From a virus, in UHGV virus genome UHGV-0356033: 45,424 bases of DNA, one strand, 5' to 3'. Of the stretch, positions 1-9,252 are shown one piece after another. Positions within the stretch are counted from its first letter, which is position 1. Every line of letters begins with the position of its first letter. The position numbers and the translations under genes are program-made. The notes below the pieces were generated by a model. The model did no database searches and had not been told where the DNA came from. It saw nothing but the letters and a program-made list of their open reading frames with translations.

Positions 1-119
1 GTGCGCAGTCCTAATTGCACATAACGGGGGAAGGGTACTTCAATAACTTGTTTTGGTAAAACAAATTCAGGGAATTTAAAACCGAAACCTTTGGGTGTAC
101 TAAAAAACTGAGCTTGCAT
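1..119 (-). CDS. hypothetical protein, N-terminal 39 codons only (gene continues beyond the left edge)
   Basis: ATG at 119-117 preceded by AAAGGAGA SD (reverse complement of about 125-132); frame open to position 1 (MQAQFFSTPKGFGFKF...); absent from ORF track because truncated. Confidence 0.4.
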   Translation of the reverse strand, partial: MQAQFFSTPKGFGFKFPEFVLPKQVIEVPFPRYVQLGLR

Positions 120-136
120 GATAATTCTCCTTTAGG

Positions 137-178
137 GTAAAAAATGAAAATACCCTACTCCTAGTCAGGAGTAGGGTA
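137..178 (-). terminator. intrinsic terminator downstream of gene 183..842
   Basis: 12-bp stem 151-162/167-178 (CCCTACTCCT/AGGAGTAGGG core) with 4-nt loop; followed on minus strand by T-rich run (complement of 137-150). Confidence 0.6.
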
Positions 179-182
179 GGTG

Positions 183-842
183 TTACATGCGGGTAACTGA
201 ATCCCAGTAATCACGAAGATATTCTTGGTCTTCAGGATCTTTTGGCGTAGCCGGAATGTGGCCGTCAAACTCAAACGGAATCACAGACAGAACATCCGCA
301 ATCTCGTAACGCTCGACTTCCAGTTCAACTTTCACCCAGTCACCGACGCTGGTACTACTACGCATCTCGGTGAGGAGATCGTTAAAGTCAGCCGAAACTT
401 CAATTGCAGGGTGTCCGGTGGTGATACTGAAAATATCAATATCCCAATGCTTAGCACCTTTATCGGCTAATTCACCCGGTTCTAAGTGAATACGTTTCAC
501 CAGGTGTGCCAAATAACCGTCCTTGTAGAAAGAGAGTGCAGAACTAATACCGATATCCGAATTCTCTTCAACCTTTCCGTCCAGGAATTTACGCTTAAGC
601 GTTAGCTGTGCTGTACCGTCTTCTTTAATACGGATACGACGACGCCCACCTTCTATCGGCATGAGAATGTCCATGAACATCTTAGTGGACTGTGCGTGTA
701 GCCAATCCCATCCCGCTTGCGTAGGTTTAACCCAGACGCAATATTCCTTTTCCACTTCACGTTTAATGGATTCGCCTGCAACGCGAATAACCTCTTCTTC
801 CTGCGCTTTTTCCAATTGCGCAAGGGTATCGAATAATCCCAT
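183..842 (-). CDS. hypothetical protein (219 aa)
   Basis: Long ORF; ATG 842-840 overlaps TAA of upstream gene (TAATG coupling); terminator follows. Confidence 0.6.
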   Translation of the reverse strand: MGLFDTLAQLEKAQEEEVIRVAGESIKREVEKEYCVWVKPTQAGWDWLHAQSTKMFMDILMPIEGGRRRIRIKEDGTAQLTLKRKFLDGKVEENSDIGISSALSFYKDGYLAHLVKRIHLEPGELADKGAKHWDIDIFSITTGHPAIEVSADFNDLLTEMRSSTSVGDWVKVELEVERYEIADVLSVIPFEFDGHIPATPKDPEDQEYLRDYWDSVTRM

Positions 843-1663
843 TAGATTAATCCCATACTTTCACTGACGCTCGTAATGTCGAACGTTGTGTCGTTAAAGT
901 CGATGTTTTCTACAATAGAAACCACCAGATTAGGAAGCCATTCTGAATGGGGCGGTGTAATAACCCGGCCGTTCATAACGTAGTAATGCAAGAACGGTAG
1001 TCCCATCGAATGGCAGTACGATAACACATTACCTAAGCAGCTTCCGTCAAACTTCAAGAGTTGGAGCTTACGCAGTAATGCGTTTTGAAATGCACCGTTC
1101 GCGTAATCGCTAAACTCGCCAGGCCGATAATCCGTGCCCCCGTAAATACTCGCCTTTAACCGCCGACCGCGTTGTATACATTCAGCCCCAGTCAGGGTGC
1201 GTAATAAACGGATGTCAGGATATTCAGTTTCCAAACGACCCAAAGCGTTTATTCCGTAACCCTTGTAGAACAGATAGTCTACGATCCTTAAATAATGATA
1301 GTAGCCTTCTAACGTTAAAAACTGACCGTGAATTGTGTCGAATTTCGCACCGTTAGGTTGCGCGTAGAAGTTACTGATCATTTTCCCTACGGTAGTACGA
1401 CCGTTAGAGTAAAAGTTAACATGGTTGATACCATCGGTAAAAGGGAGTTTTTCGGGTAACGCACAAACGTAGCCTAAACGACGAAGGTATAGGACATAAA
1501 CAAAGCGCTCATCAGGAGTAAGCACGATGTTTGACGCGTTAACGTATCCATTAGGATTATTTCGCCCAGGTTGATAACCCAGCGTTAATGCCAAAGCTTG
1601 ATTGTCTTCGCCCTGGCTTTTGATCTTCTTTAATACGGAACGCAGTAATTGTGGTTCGGACAT
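842..1663 (-). CDS. hypothetical protein (273 aa)
   Basis: ORF track 842..1684 begins at a TTG; first ATG at 1663-1661 has AAGAGG SD 6 nt upstream, start moved there. Confidence 0.55.
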   Translation of the reverse strand: MSEPQLLRSVLKKIKSQGEDNQALALTLGYQPGRNNPNGYVNASNIVLTPDERFVYVLYLRRLGYVCALPEKLPFTDGINHVNFYSNGRTTVGKMISNFYAQPNGAKFDTIHGQFLTLEGYYHYLRIVDYLFYKGYGINALGRLETEYPDIRLLRTLTGAECIQRGRRLKASIYGGTDYRPGEFSDYANGAFQNALLRKLQLLKFDGSCLGNVLSYCHSMGLPFLHYYVMNGRVITPPHSEWLPNLVVSIVENIDFNDTTFDITSVSESMGLI

Positions 1664-1673
1664 AACCGGCCTC

Positions 1674-2948
1674 TTAAATAGCAAAATAGTCTTCCACGAT
1701 TTTATCGGTAGACTGGTAACTTACACTGCCTGCAGCAATCACGTAATTACGTTTCTCGGTGGTTAGTAGCGCCTGAATCGCATTTACGCCTGCATAGGTG
1801 TAAAGTTTAAGTTCAGTCATTTCTGGCGTGATGTTTTTCGCTTTGTCCCATTTTGCATCTAATCCTTTAAATAGCGTTAATAGACGAGTGCCATACGTTT
1901 TGAAACTGACACCGGGTTCAACCCGAAGGTTAGCCATAAGGTTCTGGATAACGGTGGTTGCGATCTGAGTCCCTTGCCCCGGTTGGAGTTTATCCAGATA
2001 GTATTCCGTTGAATCCAGATTACCTGTCGCTGCTGCCTGAATCATCAGCTCGCCGTACAGTACCTCTTTCGCTTGTGCATCAGTAATCGCTTGAAGCATC
2101 GGTTCGATTTTAGCCGGTAAACCATAACTGTTCAGTTTAGTAGACAGGCCATAAATCAGCGCTGAAGAGGTATTAATGTCTAACGTGGAGAAACTGTTGC
2201 TGCCTTTAAAGCTGTTAATCAGGTTATCGATGGCTAGGAAGTCGTCCAAGTCTTTGTAGCTGTCGAAAGTATGCTGTACGTCATCAACAATCGAGGTGAT
2301 TTGATAACGCATACTGTTGACTTCGGACATAAACCCGTTGACTTCTTGACTAACTTCCGAGGGGAGTTTAGCCAGTTGCCCAGCAATGTTCATCGTCCCT
2401 TCGAGACGTTTTTTCACCGAGTTAAAGTCAGTACCGATACCTGATAAAACAGAGTCGGTTAAGCTGCCGATGCTGTCCCACCCTTTATTTAACAGTTTCC
2501 CCATCCCACCTGGACTTAGGTAGTCTAGCGCTTTTAGACCATCTTCATCCTTTTTCTTAAAAGGTTCAGAAACGTCACGCTTTTGCGGGTCGAGGACAGG
2601 AAGCGTTTCTTTGGTATTAGATGCAAAACCGGGAACCTTTTGTCCTGGAGATACACCGGAAGCCGAACTCCCCGCAGTCTTACTTCCTCCAACACTGGCG
2701 GTATCACTACCGCCAAAAAGGTTACCAATTTTGCTGGTCAGCTCGTTACCACCGCTAAGCAGTTTGTTGAATGTTTCACCAGCACGTTCTGATAATCGGT
2801 TGACGCTATCGACCGTGTTTTTAATACCACGCTCCGCATTTTCCACCGTTGATTGTACGCGGTTTGCGGCGTTCTTTGCCGTATTAACGGAATTATCGAT
2901 TGCCGACTGACCTTTATTTATCTGACTGGTTATTTGGTCGATTTTCAT
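1674..2948 (-). CDS. hypothetical protein (424 aa), coiled-coil N-terminus and Gly/Ser-rich linker
   Basis: ORF track 1674..2975 begins at TTG; ATG at 2948-2946 has GGAGA SD; N-terminal region rich in Q/N/K/E heptad-like sequence followed by GGS-rich segment. Confidence 0.55.
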   Translation of the reverse strand: MKIDQITSQINKGQSAIDNSVNTAKNAANRVQSTVENAERGIKNTVDSVNRLSERAGETFNKLLSGGNELTSKIGNLFGGSDTASVGGSKTAGSSASGVSPGQKVPGFASNTKETLPVLDPQKRDVSEPFKKKDEDGLKALDYLSPGGMGKLLNKGWDSIGSLTDSVLSGIGTDFNSVKKRLEGTMNIAGQLAKLPSEVSQEVNGFMSEVNSMRYQITSIVDDVQHTFDSYKDLDDFLAIDNLINSFKGSNSFSTLDINTSSALIYGLSTKLNSYGLPAKIEPMLQAITDAQAKEVLYGELMIQAAATGNLDSTEYYLDKLQPGQGTQIATTVIQNLMANLRVEPGVSFKTYGTRLLTLFKGLDAKWDKAKNITPEMTELKLYTYAGVNAIQALLTTEKRNYVIAAGSVSYQSTDKIVEDYFAI

Positions 2949-3756
2949 TCTGGTCTCCAATTTGGTATTCGTCAAGGTTTACCGTGACCTGAACTTCGTA
3001 GATTTTATTGTCTTTCTGACGCCTTAAAGTCAAAAGGATTTCGAAACTACGAACATCAATTGCCTTGAGTACCCTCATAAACCATTTCCAGGAAAACTTC
3101 TTTTTTAACCTTAGATTGTGCTGCATGTTGTGTCGCAAATCATTTCGTTTCGACGGTGTTTGCTCACAGTTAGCAGGATCGTTAACGAAGTTTGTGGAAA
3201 GACGGTACCACCAGTCCGCATTCATTTTCATGTTTGCGAAGATAGTCCAAGTTAACCGAGATAACGGATGTACCATCATCTTTGCGGTCTCACCACAGTT
3301 CTGGAAATAACGGTTCAATTGTGCAGTTGCAGACTCTTTAGGTCGTTCGTCGTTATCTTCGAACAAATCCCGAGCGAGATCTTCGCGCACGCGTGTGGTA
3401 ATTTCAGATACGGTTTTTGTTTTGAAGTGTCCTCGGTAAGTGGTTACACAAATCCGCAGTGTCTCCACTCCGGTAATCACCAACCCTTCTGTAAAACCTC
3501 GCCAGGTAAGATCGACAGGTAGTGCAGGGATGTTACCTGAACTCAGCTTCGTGGAGATACGTTGTATTCGATCGTCCATCGTTGCTTTTGAACGTGTTTT
3601 AAATTCTGGAGACAGAATATGTTTGGCGACGGCGAGTTTATAATCCGAAGGCTTCCATCCGATCAATTCTTTATAATTCCAATATAGTGTTTGAAGTGGT
3701 CCGCCTGCACGTTCGTCTTCAGCGTCCACGACCACACTTACTTTTTTGCTATCCAT
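2914..3756 (-). CDS. hypothetical protein (280 aa)
   Basis: ORF with ATG at 3756-3754 and AAGGTGA SD; 3' end overlaps start of next gene by about 35 nt. Confidence 0.5.
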   Translation of the reverse strand: MDSKKVSVVVDAEDERAGGPLQTLYWNYKELIGWKPSDYKLAVAKHILSPEFKTRSKATMDDRIQRISTKLSSGNIPALPVDLTWRGFTEGLVITGVETLRICVTTYRGHFKTKTVSEITTRVREDLARDLFEDNDERPKESATAQLNRYFQNCGETAKMMVHPLSRLTWTIFANMKMNADWWYRLSTNFVNDPANCEQTPSKRNDLRHNMQHNLRLKKKFSWKWFMRVLKAIDVRSFEILLTLRRQKDNKIYEVQVTVNLDEYQIGDQNENRPNNQSDK

Positions 3757-3789
3757 CACATCACCTTGTTACAAGGGGTTACTGGTTTA

Positions 3790-4338
3790 TTAAATAGGAC
3801 GTTCTAAAAGGTAGTGTTCGATCAGCGTTTCCAGTTCCCGGAATAAATGCGCTGTTTGATTTACCAACGCTTTGTCTTCGTCGGACTCCGGTTTAAGGAA
3901 CACTGATTCATAAGGTTGAATTAGCGCGAGTAATTTACCCAGCTTATAAGCGGCAACCTCAGGACTGGACGTCCCAAAATAAGTGTCTAGCCATCGGTAT
4001 TCCGCCAAGTCGTTTCGTTTATTTAAAGCGTCAGGTAATGGTAGCCATTCGATTGAACTCCTGTTAATTGCTCGTTGGTATTCATTAATGAGAAATGCCA
4101 AACGTTGATAAACGAGATCAATGTTATTAATACGCAATTCGAGGAAACCGCGAAGGCTGGGACGAAAAGGTTCTTCATTTATGTTTAAAGGCAACGTAAG
4201 CAATTGTAAGCCGGTAAAGACTCTGACATAGGGGTTGTGGGTGTTCTTATGGAACTCCTGCTTCAGAGACTCTCTGAGGGCTTTTAAACGATTATTCTCT
4301 AACCGTTGTTTAAAACGAGTTATTATTCCTGTTAACAT
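3790..4338 (-). CDS. hypothetical protein (182 aa)
   Basis: ATG 4338-4336 with AGGAG SD. Confidence 0.6.
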   Translation of the reverse strand: MLTGIITRFKQRLENNRLKALRESLKQEFHKNTHNPYVRVFTGLQLLTLPLNINEEPFRPSLRGFLELRINNIDLVYQRLAFLINEYQRAINRSSIEWLPLPDALNKRNDLAEYRWLDTYFGTSSPEVAAYKLGKLLALIQPYESVFLKPESDEDKALVNQTAHLFRELETLIEHYLLERPI

Positions 4339-4409
4339 AATTCACTCCTAAAGAATGTCTCACGTAGATAATATCTGTCTGACTTCTTTTTGAAATTGAG
4401 GTAGTAAGA

Positions 4410-4874
4410 ATGGCTGACGAAGAAGTGAAATATCAGGCGTTTGATGGAGATGTGGACGACGAAGAATCGCTTCTCCGCCAAACGCAACAAGCCCGTGTAC
4501 GGATTGTGAATCTCATCTTAGACGATCCACAAGCACACAAAGACTTGAAAACGGTAGACCGGTTAGGGTCTTTGCTTAACGACGTTGACAAACAAATCAT
4601 TTCCAAACGTCGCGTCGCTGCTGCACAGAAAAACAGCGAAGCTAACCAAGATTTGGCGAATGCACTTAATAGCATCCTCATGCAACGTGGTAATATCAAA
4701 ATACGTCGCCACGATGAGGAAGTCGAAGAAACCCAGGGCTACCAGCCCCCCGTTCCTGTTATTCCGGATGTTGAAGTAACAGAAGGGGAGCTGGCACCAG
4801 TAGGCGAACAAATCGATGTTAGGTCCATTATGACGGCGGCGTTTGCACGTCCTGAGCAGGGCGAGCAAGACTAA
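4410..4874 (+). CDS. hypothetical acidic protein (154 aa)
   Basis: ATG 4410 with GAGG SD 8 nt upstream; D/E-rich N- and C-termini; lone plus-strand gene at a divergent intergenic region. Confidence 0.5.
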   Translation: MADEEVKYQAFDGDVDDEESLLRQTQQARVRIVNLILDDPQAHKDLKTVDRLGSLLNDVDKQIISKRRVAAAQKNSEANQDLANALNSILMQRGNIKIRRHDEEVEETQGYQPPVPVIPDVEVTEGELAPVGEQIDVRSIMTAAFARPEQGEQD

Positions 4875-5550
4875 ATAAAGCGGCATCTCGTGGGTCGACA
4901 CCGACCCACTCTGCCATAAACCGGATATGTTCCTTAAACGGGTTAACCCCGTCTTGTTTGATTTGTTCAACCAATTCCCCGGTCAGTTCTGGTGTGAGCA
5001 TGGCAGGGTGTGTGATGGTAAAGCTTGGAATCGGTTTTTTCAAGTGTGTAGCGTTAAGCTTAATCCACTCGAACCAATCGTACATTATCCAGCAATCCCA
5101 CGCCAATGACAATCTCCCTGGTGTGAGATCTTCTAACGACCAAGACACTAATTCAACTTGTACGTTATTGTAGTACATCCGAAACAGATTCAAAAAGGCT
5201 TGAAGTTCTTCGCCCGTTAAATCCGTATAAGGCCACGTATTGATGGTTAGAGTGGGTTTTTCAATTGGCGAATGCATTTCGATTTCAAGCAGCATACACT
5301 CGAATTCGTTTTTCATTGTTGCCAATAATTCAGTAGGCTGCGCATTAATCAACGCGCGCTTATCCCGCTTCCGCCACTCTTCATCCCATTTTTCAAATCC
5401 AAGTACGCCAGCCCAAGCTTCTGTATAGCGACGACGATAAACATCGTAGTCTAGCAATGCTAAGCTTTCGGGCTTAACGGCTTTTACCCAACCTAAACGC
5501 GTATCAAATAACGTATCAATATCGATTAAGAAACGCCGAGATAATCTCAT
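4828..5550 (-). CDS. hypothetical protein (240 aa)
   Basis: ORF; ATG 5550-5548 overlaps TGA of upstream gene (ATGA); 3' end overlaps convergent gene 4410..4874 by 47 nt. Confidence 0.5.
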   Translation of the reverse strand: MRLSRRFLIDIDTLFDTRLGWVKAVKPESLALLDYDVYRRRYTEAWAGVLGFEKWDEEWRKRDKRALINAQPTELLATMKNEFECMLLEIEMHSPIEKPTLTINTWPYTDLTGEELQAFLNLFRMYYNNVQVELVSWSLEDLTPGRLSLAWDCWIMYDWFEWIKLNATHLKKPIPSFTITHPAMLTPELTGELVEQIKQDGVNPFKEHIRFMAEWVGVDPRDAALFSLARPAQDVQTPPS

Positions 5551-6215
5551 GACGGATGGCCTATGTTGTTACCGATATGCATCGCTTTTAGGTACGCCGA
5601 CCACGTACGCGTTGCTTTAGAACTCGTTCGCTCCGCTCCAGGCAAATCAATACGCCCTTTACCGGTTTGGCGCAGTGATTGATAGAAAGCACGTTGTAGT
5701 GCGTCGTTACCACCACGCGCCCACAAGAACTCTTTCAGTGTCCAGTCGTGGCCATCGGAATACATGATGTATGCCTCTGGGAAGGACACCCCAGATGCTT
5801 TGGAAGGTCCGACGACTTGACCGGAGAGTTTATCGCGGACTTTGTCGTTTTTCGCAACCGCCATTTTCTTTTCTTGCATCTGTGTCTGACGACGAACAGG
5901 CAAGCGTAAGACTAAGTGAGGGTAACGAGTACGGTGATAGACACCCGTTTTTGGTTCTGTTAACCAGAGTCGTTGCTCCAGGTTTACCCCGAGAATTTTG
6001 CACACCTCGATATTGCGCAGGTGGTCAATTTCGACTTTACTTCCCACCGGGTTGTAAATAGGCAAACCGTTACGAAGTCGGTTAAACTGTTCATCTGTCA
6101 TTCGAGCGAAGGCTTTCTTCGCGGCTTCAGCATTAATGCCAGAAGGGTCTACCAACTTTAAGATTTGTAAGGCGTAGGCTTCCGCCTTTTTACGCCGCGC
6201 TGGTTCGAGTTTCAT
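5547..6215 (-). CDS. hypothetical protein (222 aa)
   Basis: ORF with ATG 6215-6213. Confidence 0.55.
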   Translation of the reverse strand: MKLEPARRKKAEAYALQILKLVDPSGINAEAAKKAFARMTDEQFNRLRNGLPIYNPVGSKVEIDHLRNIEVCKILGVNLEQRLWLTEPKTGVYHRTRYPHLVLRLPVRRQTQMQEKKMAVAKNDKVRDKLSGQVVGPSKASGVSFPEAYIMYSDGHDWTLKEFLWARGGNDALQRAFYQSLRQTGKGRIDLPGAERTSSKATRTWSAYLKAMHIGNNIGHPS

Positions 6216-6489
6216 TGTCTACCGCCTTACGTAAATTGGATAACGTTTCTGCTTCAAGCAGGTCAATCCAGTAGCTGATAGCTTCCGTGTTTTCAGGAAG
6301 TTCGGAATGTACTGGCGCATACCCGTAACGTACTAATAGATTCGAGTAATACTCAGCGACCTTTAAACAAAAGGATTCCAGATCGGGAAACGGGTGAGTG
6401 AAGGCTTCACGAAATTCGGCCGCTGTTTCTAAATTAACACTTGCCAATCCTTCACTTAAGCGTTCCACAATCTCCGTTTGATAACGCAT
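6190..6489 (-). CDS. hypothetical protein (99 aa)
   Basis: ATG 6489-6487 with AAGGAG SD, 5-nt spacer. Confidence 0.55.
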   Translation of the reverse strand: MRYQTEIVERLSEGLASVNLETAAEFREAFTHPFPDLESFCLKVAEYYSNLLVRYGYAPVHSELPENTEAISYWIDLLEAETLSNLRKAVDNETRTSAA

Positions 6490-6533
6490 GATGACTCCTT
6501 AGGTCGGGTAGGGTTTACCCTACCCGAGCCTAT

Positions 6534-8030
6534 TTATTTCTTTTTCGTCAGGAACTTCGGTTCTAGTCCATCGACAGCCATACCCAGAATGGTACGTGCA
6601 GTCAGTGTACGTTTACCGCCTTTGGTTTCCTGGTCTTTAAACATCCAGTATTCTACCGTGTTGTCCAGAATTTCATTCCAGTCCCACATCTCGTCAATCA
6701 GTTTGTAAATCTCACCCATGCTGAGATGATACTTCATTTCAAGACGATGGTAGTTGTTTTGCATATACGCAATTGCCGCAGTGATTTCTAAAGCGCGACG
6801 TAAGCGGGCGTTATCAGAAATCATATCACGGATCGTCGTGCGTTGGAATTTCACACCAGGTAGAATATCCAGTTCTTTGATGGAACCGCCACTACCGCTT
6901 GATGTGAAACCAAAGTCTGACTTCTTCAGCGTGTCACTTAAATAGTGCCACAGGCTCAGGTGATATAGCAGACCCATTTCCTGAGAGAAGATCATCTGAA
7001 ATTTCACACCGGTGTGACCACCCTTCGCACGATACTGGGTAAAGGTGATAATCTTCAAGTCGTTTACCGACGCATTCATCGCTTTAGAACGTGACGTCGG
7101 ATAAAGTTCTTCGTTAACACCCGTCTGCGCGTTATAGCTCTGGTCTTTCTTCAATTCCCCTGATTTCGTCGCGACGATAAAAGAGTTTGTTAAAAAGCTA
7201 AGCTGACGGCGAGGAATACCTGCGAATTTTAAATCGTCGTTGGCGTCGTCGAGAATTTTTGCATTTGCTTTTTGAGCCTGTCGGCCACCCGCCATCGCTT
7301 TCCCAGAGTCATCGGCCATCTGTGCCACGAAGCCCATGTAAAAACCACCGCGTGCAAACGCAGACGGCCAGCGGCTCATCATATTCGATTTTTGCAGCGC
7401 ATCGTGGGCGTTTAGGATGTTCTGATCAGAATCCCCAATATCAGTTTTTGCGTGTTTGTCTTCCAGCGAACTGGAATGCCACTCTGACAGGGAGTCGATA
7501 GAATAAAGCCAGGGGTCCAGGATTTCTTTTAACTTACGACGAACTGGATCGGGGAACGGTGTTACGCGGGTTTTACCAGACATATACTGCTTGAAGCGTT
7601 TTTCAACTTCATCACGAATATAATCACTGTAATACTGTTCCCCGGGCATTACGTCAGAACCGACCAGGTTATAACGACCTTCGTGGATAAGTTCCAGTAC
7701 GGATGTTCCGTCGTCGATACCGTTGGCGTTCATGGCAGAGATGTACCCAGTTTCTAAACGATCGAGGGCAGCGGACACTTCTGTATCGTACTTAGAACCC
7801 CACTCTGCTTTATAACGTTGCAGGATTTGGAAGATACAGAAATCTAACAAGGTGGATTTAAAGGTGTTTCCGCGACCTGCGAAACCCATGATGTGGGCAA
7901 AACCACCGTTAAGGTAGTACAAACCATCTTCACCTTTTTCGTAGTTACCTAAGGCATGATCCATGATGGTGTAAACGTTAAAACGTGGACGAATTACTTC
8001 ACCGATAACTTGCTTAGTTGGGCCTGCCAT
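6534..8030 (-). CDS. hypothetical protein (498 aa)
   Basis: Long ORF; ATG 8030-8028 with GGAG SD; contains GFAGRGNTFKST segment that is only loosely P-loop-like, so no function called. Confidence 0.6.
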   Translation of the reverse strand: MAGPTKQVIGEVIRPRFNVYTIMDHALGNYEKGEDGLYYLNGGFAHIMGFAGRGNTFKSTLLDFCIFQILQRYKAEWGSKYDTEVSAALDRLETGYISAMNANGIDDGTSVLELIHEGRYNLVGSDVMPGEQYYSDYIRDEVEKRFKQYMSGKTRVTPFPDPVRRKLKEILDPWLYSIDSLSEWHSSSLEDKHAKTDIGDSDQNILNAHDALQKSNMMSRWPSAFARGGFYMGFVAQMADDSGKAMAGGRQAQKANAKILDDANDDLKFAGIPRRQLSFLTNSFIVATKSGELKKDQSYNAQTGVNEELYPTSRSKAMNASVNDLKIITFTQYRAKGGHTGVKFQMIFSQEMGLLYHLSLWHYLSDTLKKSDFGFTSSGSGGSIKELDILPGVKFQRTTIRDMISDNARLRRALEITAAIAYMQNNYHRLEMKYHLSMGEIYKLIDEMWDWNEILDNTVEYWMFKDQETKGGKRTLTARTILGMAVDGLEPKFLTKKK

Positions 8031-8045
8031 TTAGCGCTCCGATAA

Positions 8046-8345
8046 TTAACGATTCTTGGTCGGAAGAAGAAGACGGCGGTTGTGCCAGAATTCAAAGTAG
8101 GTCTCTACCCACTCAGTAACTTCTTCCGCATTTTCAGGATAAGGGTTTTCAATAGACTCGAAACGGCGTTTATTACGCTCGTCAATTTCCAGTTCCATAA
8201 CACGTTTACCGCTCGGGCACGACGTTACGCTCAAGACTTTTCCAACTTGAATAGGCTTACCGTTCTGACCTTTTTTAACAGGGGTCAGATAAATTTCCGG
8301 TTCTAAACGCGGTGTGGTGTTTCGAGTCAGTAATTTGATTTTCAT
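8046..8345 (-). CDS. hypothetical protein (99 aa)
   Basis: ORF with ATG 8345-8343; weak SD. Confidence 0.45.
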   Translation of the reverse strand: MKIKLLTRNTTPRLEPEIYLTPVKKGQNGKPIQVGKVLSVTSCPSGKRVMELEIDERNKRRFESIENPYPENAEEVTEWVETYFEFWHNRRLLLPTKNR

Positions 8346-8394
8346 CGAGCTTTACCTTTATGGAATTGTCTCGGTCATAAGGTTTGGGTGAACT

Positions 8395-8430
8395 GTAAAA
8401 AGACTTTACTATGTAACCCTGACTTATAAT
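8395..8430 (+). promoter_or_regulatory. candidate sigma70-type promoter for gene 8444..9199
   Basis: Perfect TATAAT at 8425-8430, 14 nt upstream of ATG; -35 region is poor. Confidence 0.3.
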
Positions 8431-8443
8431 CCGAGGTTTTAGA

Positions 8444-9199
8444 ATGAATGTAAATCCACTTGCAGCGTTATCTAGCTTCGCCGCTAAAGCGTCTGCAATC
8501 TTACCGAAAGGGTTTAGCGGCCCTCAACAAGAGATTGCATTAACCACTTATGACGAGATGTCGGACGTTTCCAAGTGGATGCAACAAGAAAAATTCCTAC
8601 ACTTTGCGGGAATGTTGGTTATCGTTCCACCTGGGTTTAATACCTACGTGATGGATCACTTGAACCGCTTAGAATCCGTATGGAGTTCACTGCAAAACAT
8701 CTATACGGGTATTCTGCTGCCGGTCGATAAACAACTTTCGGCCCTTACACATGATGTGGGTGTACTGTCATTACCGATTGGTTTCCGTTACAAAAATGTT
8801 AATATACCTTTACGTAACGTTAACCCGAAAGATCTGGTTAACTTGTTAGCGAAATCGTACACTAACAACGTTATCGACCAGCGACCAATTGAGAAGACGT
8901 ATCACAGCGCGTCCGAAATTGATGTTGCGTTCAATCGCGCTAAGGCACTGAACGTTGAAATCACAAAACGTCTACGGACGAACATCGACAAGTCAATCGA
9001 GTCTATTCGCACTACGTCAGAAATCTTGTCCGAACAAAACATTCATCCGAATGTAGCAAAAGAACTGACGATGATGTTAGATTTTGCTTCCGATTGGGTG
9101 GAGCTGTTTGGTTTGTTCATGAAGCAGGTTAACGAATTAATCGAATGCCTGAACGTTACTGCCGAACGCTTAAAAGCGCTTAAGGCAAACAAAAAATAA
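8444..9199 (+). CDS. hypothetical protein (251 aa)
   Basis: ATG 8444 with GAGG SD; followed by bidirectional terminator. Confidence 0.6.
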   Translation: MNVNPLAALSSFAAKASAILPKGFSGPQQEIALTTYDEMSDVSKWMQQEKFLHFAGMLVIVPPGFNTYVMDHLNRLESVWSSLQNIYTGILLPVDKQLSALTHDVGVLSLPIGFRYKNVNIPLRNVNPKDLVNLLAKSYTNNVIDQRPIEKTYHSASEIDVAFNRAKALNVEITKRLRTNIDKSIESIRTTSEILSEQNIHPNVAKELTMMLDFASDWVELFGLFMKQVNELIECLNVTAERLKALKANKK

Positions 9200-9252
9200 A
9201 AAAGTAAAGCTACCCCTAGACCGTGTGGTCTAGGGGTAAACTATTTATTTCC
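9200..9252. terminator. bidirectional intrinsic terminator between convergent genes
   Basis: 12-bp stem 9211-9222/9227-9238 with GTGT loop; A-run upstream and T-rich run downstream. Confidence 0.6.

Noticed and set aside
4364-4377. Possible third, degenerate copy of the 19-bp element (GTAGATAATATCTG), and an ATATCTGAA 9-mer on the minus strand near 19253-19261
   Set aside because: Only 7-9 contiguous matches; expected by chance a few times in 45 kb; the 19253 match lies inside a coding region
6534-8030. P-loop NTPase or terminase call for the 498-aa protein
   Set aside because: GFAGRGNTFKST does not fit GxxxxGK[ST] and no Walker B partner was identified; left as hypothetical
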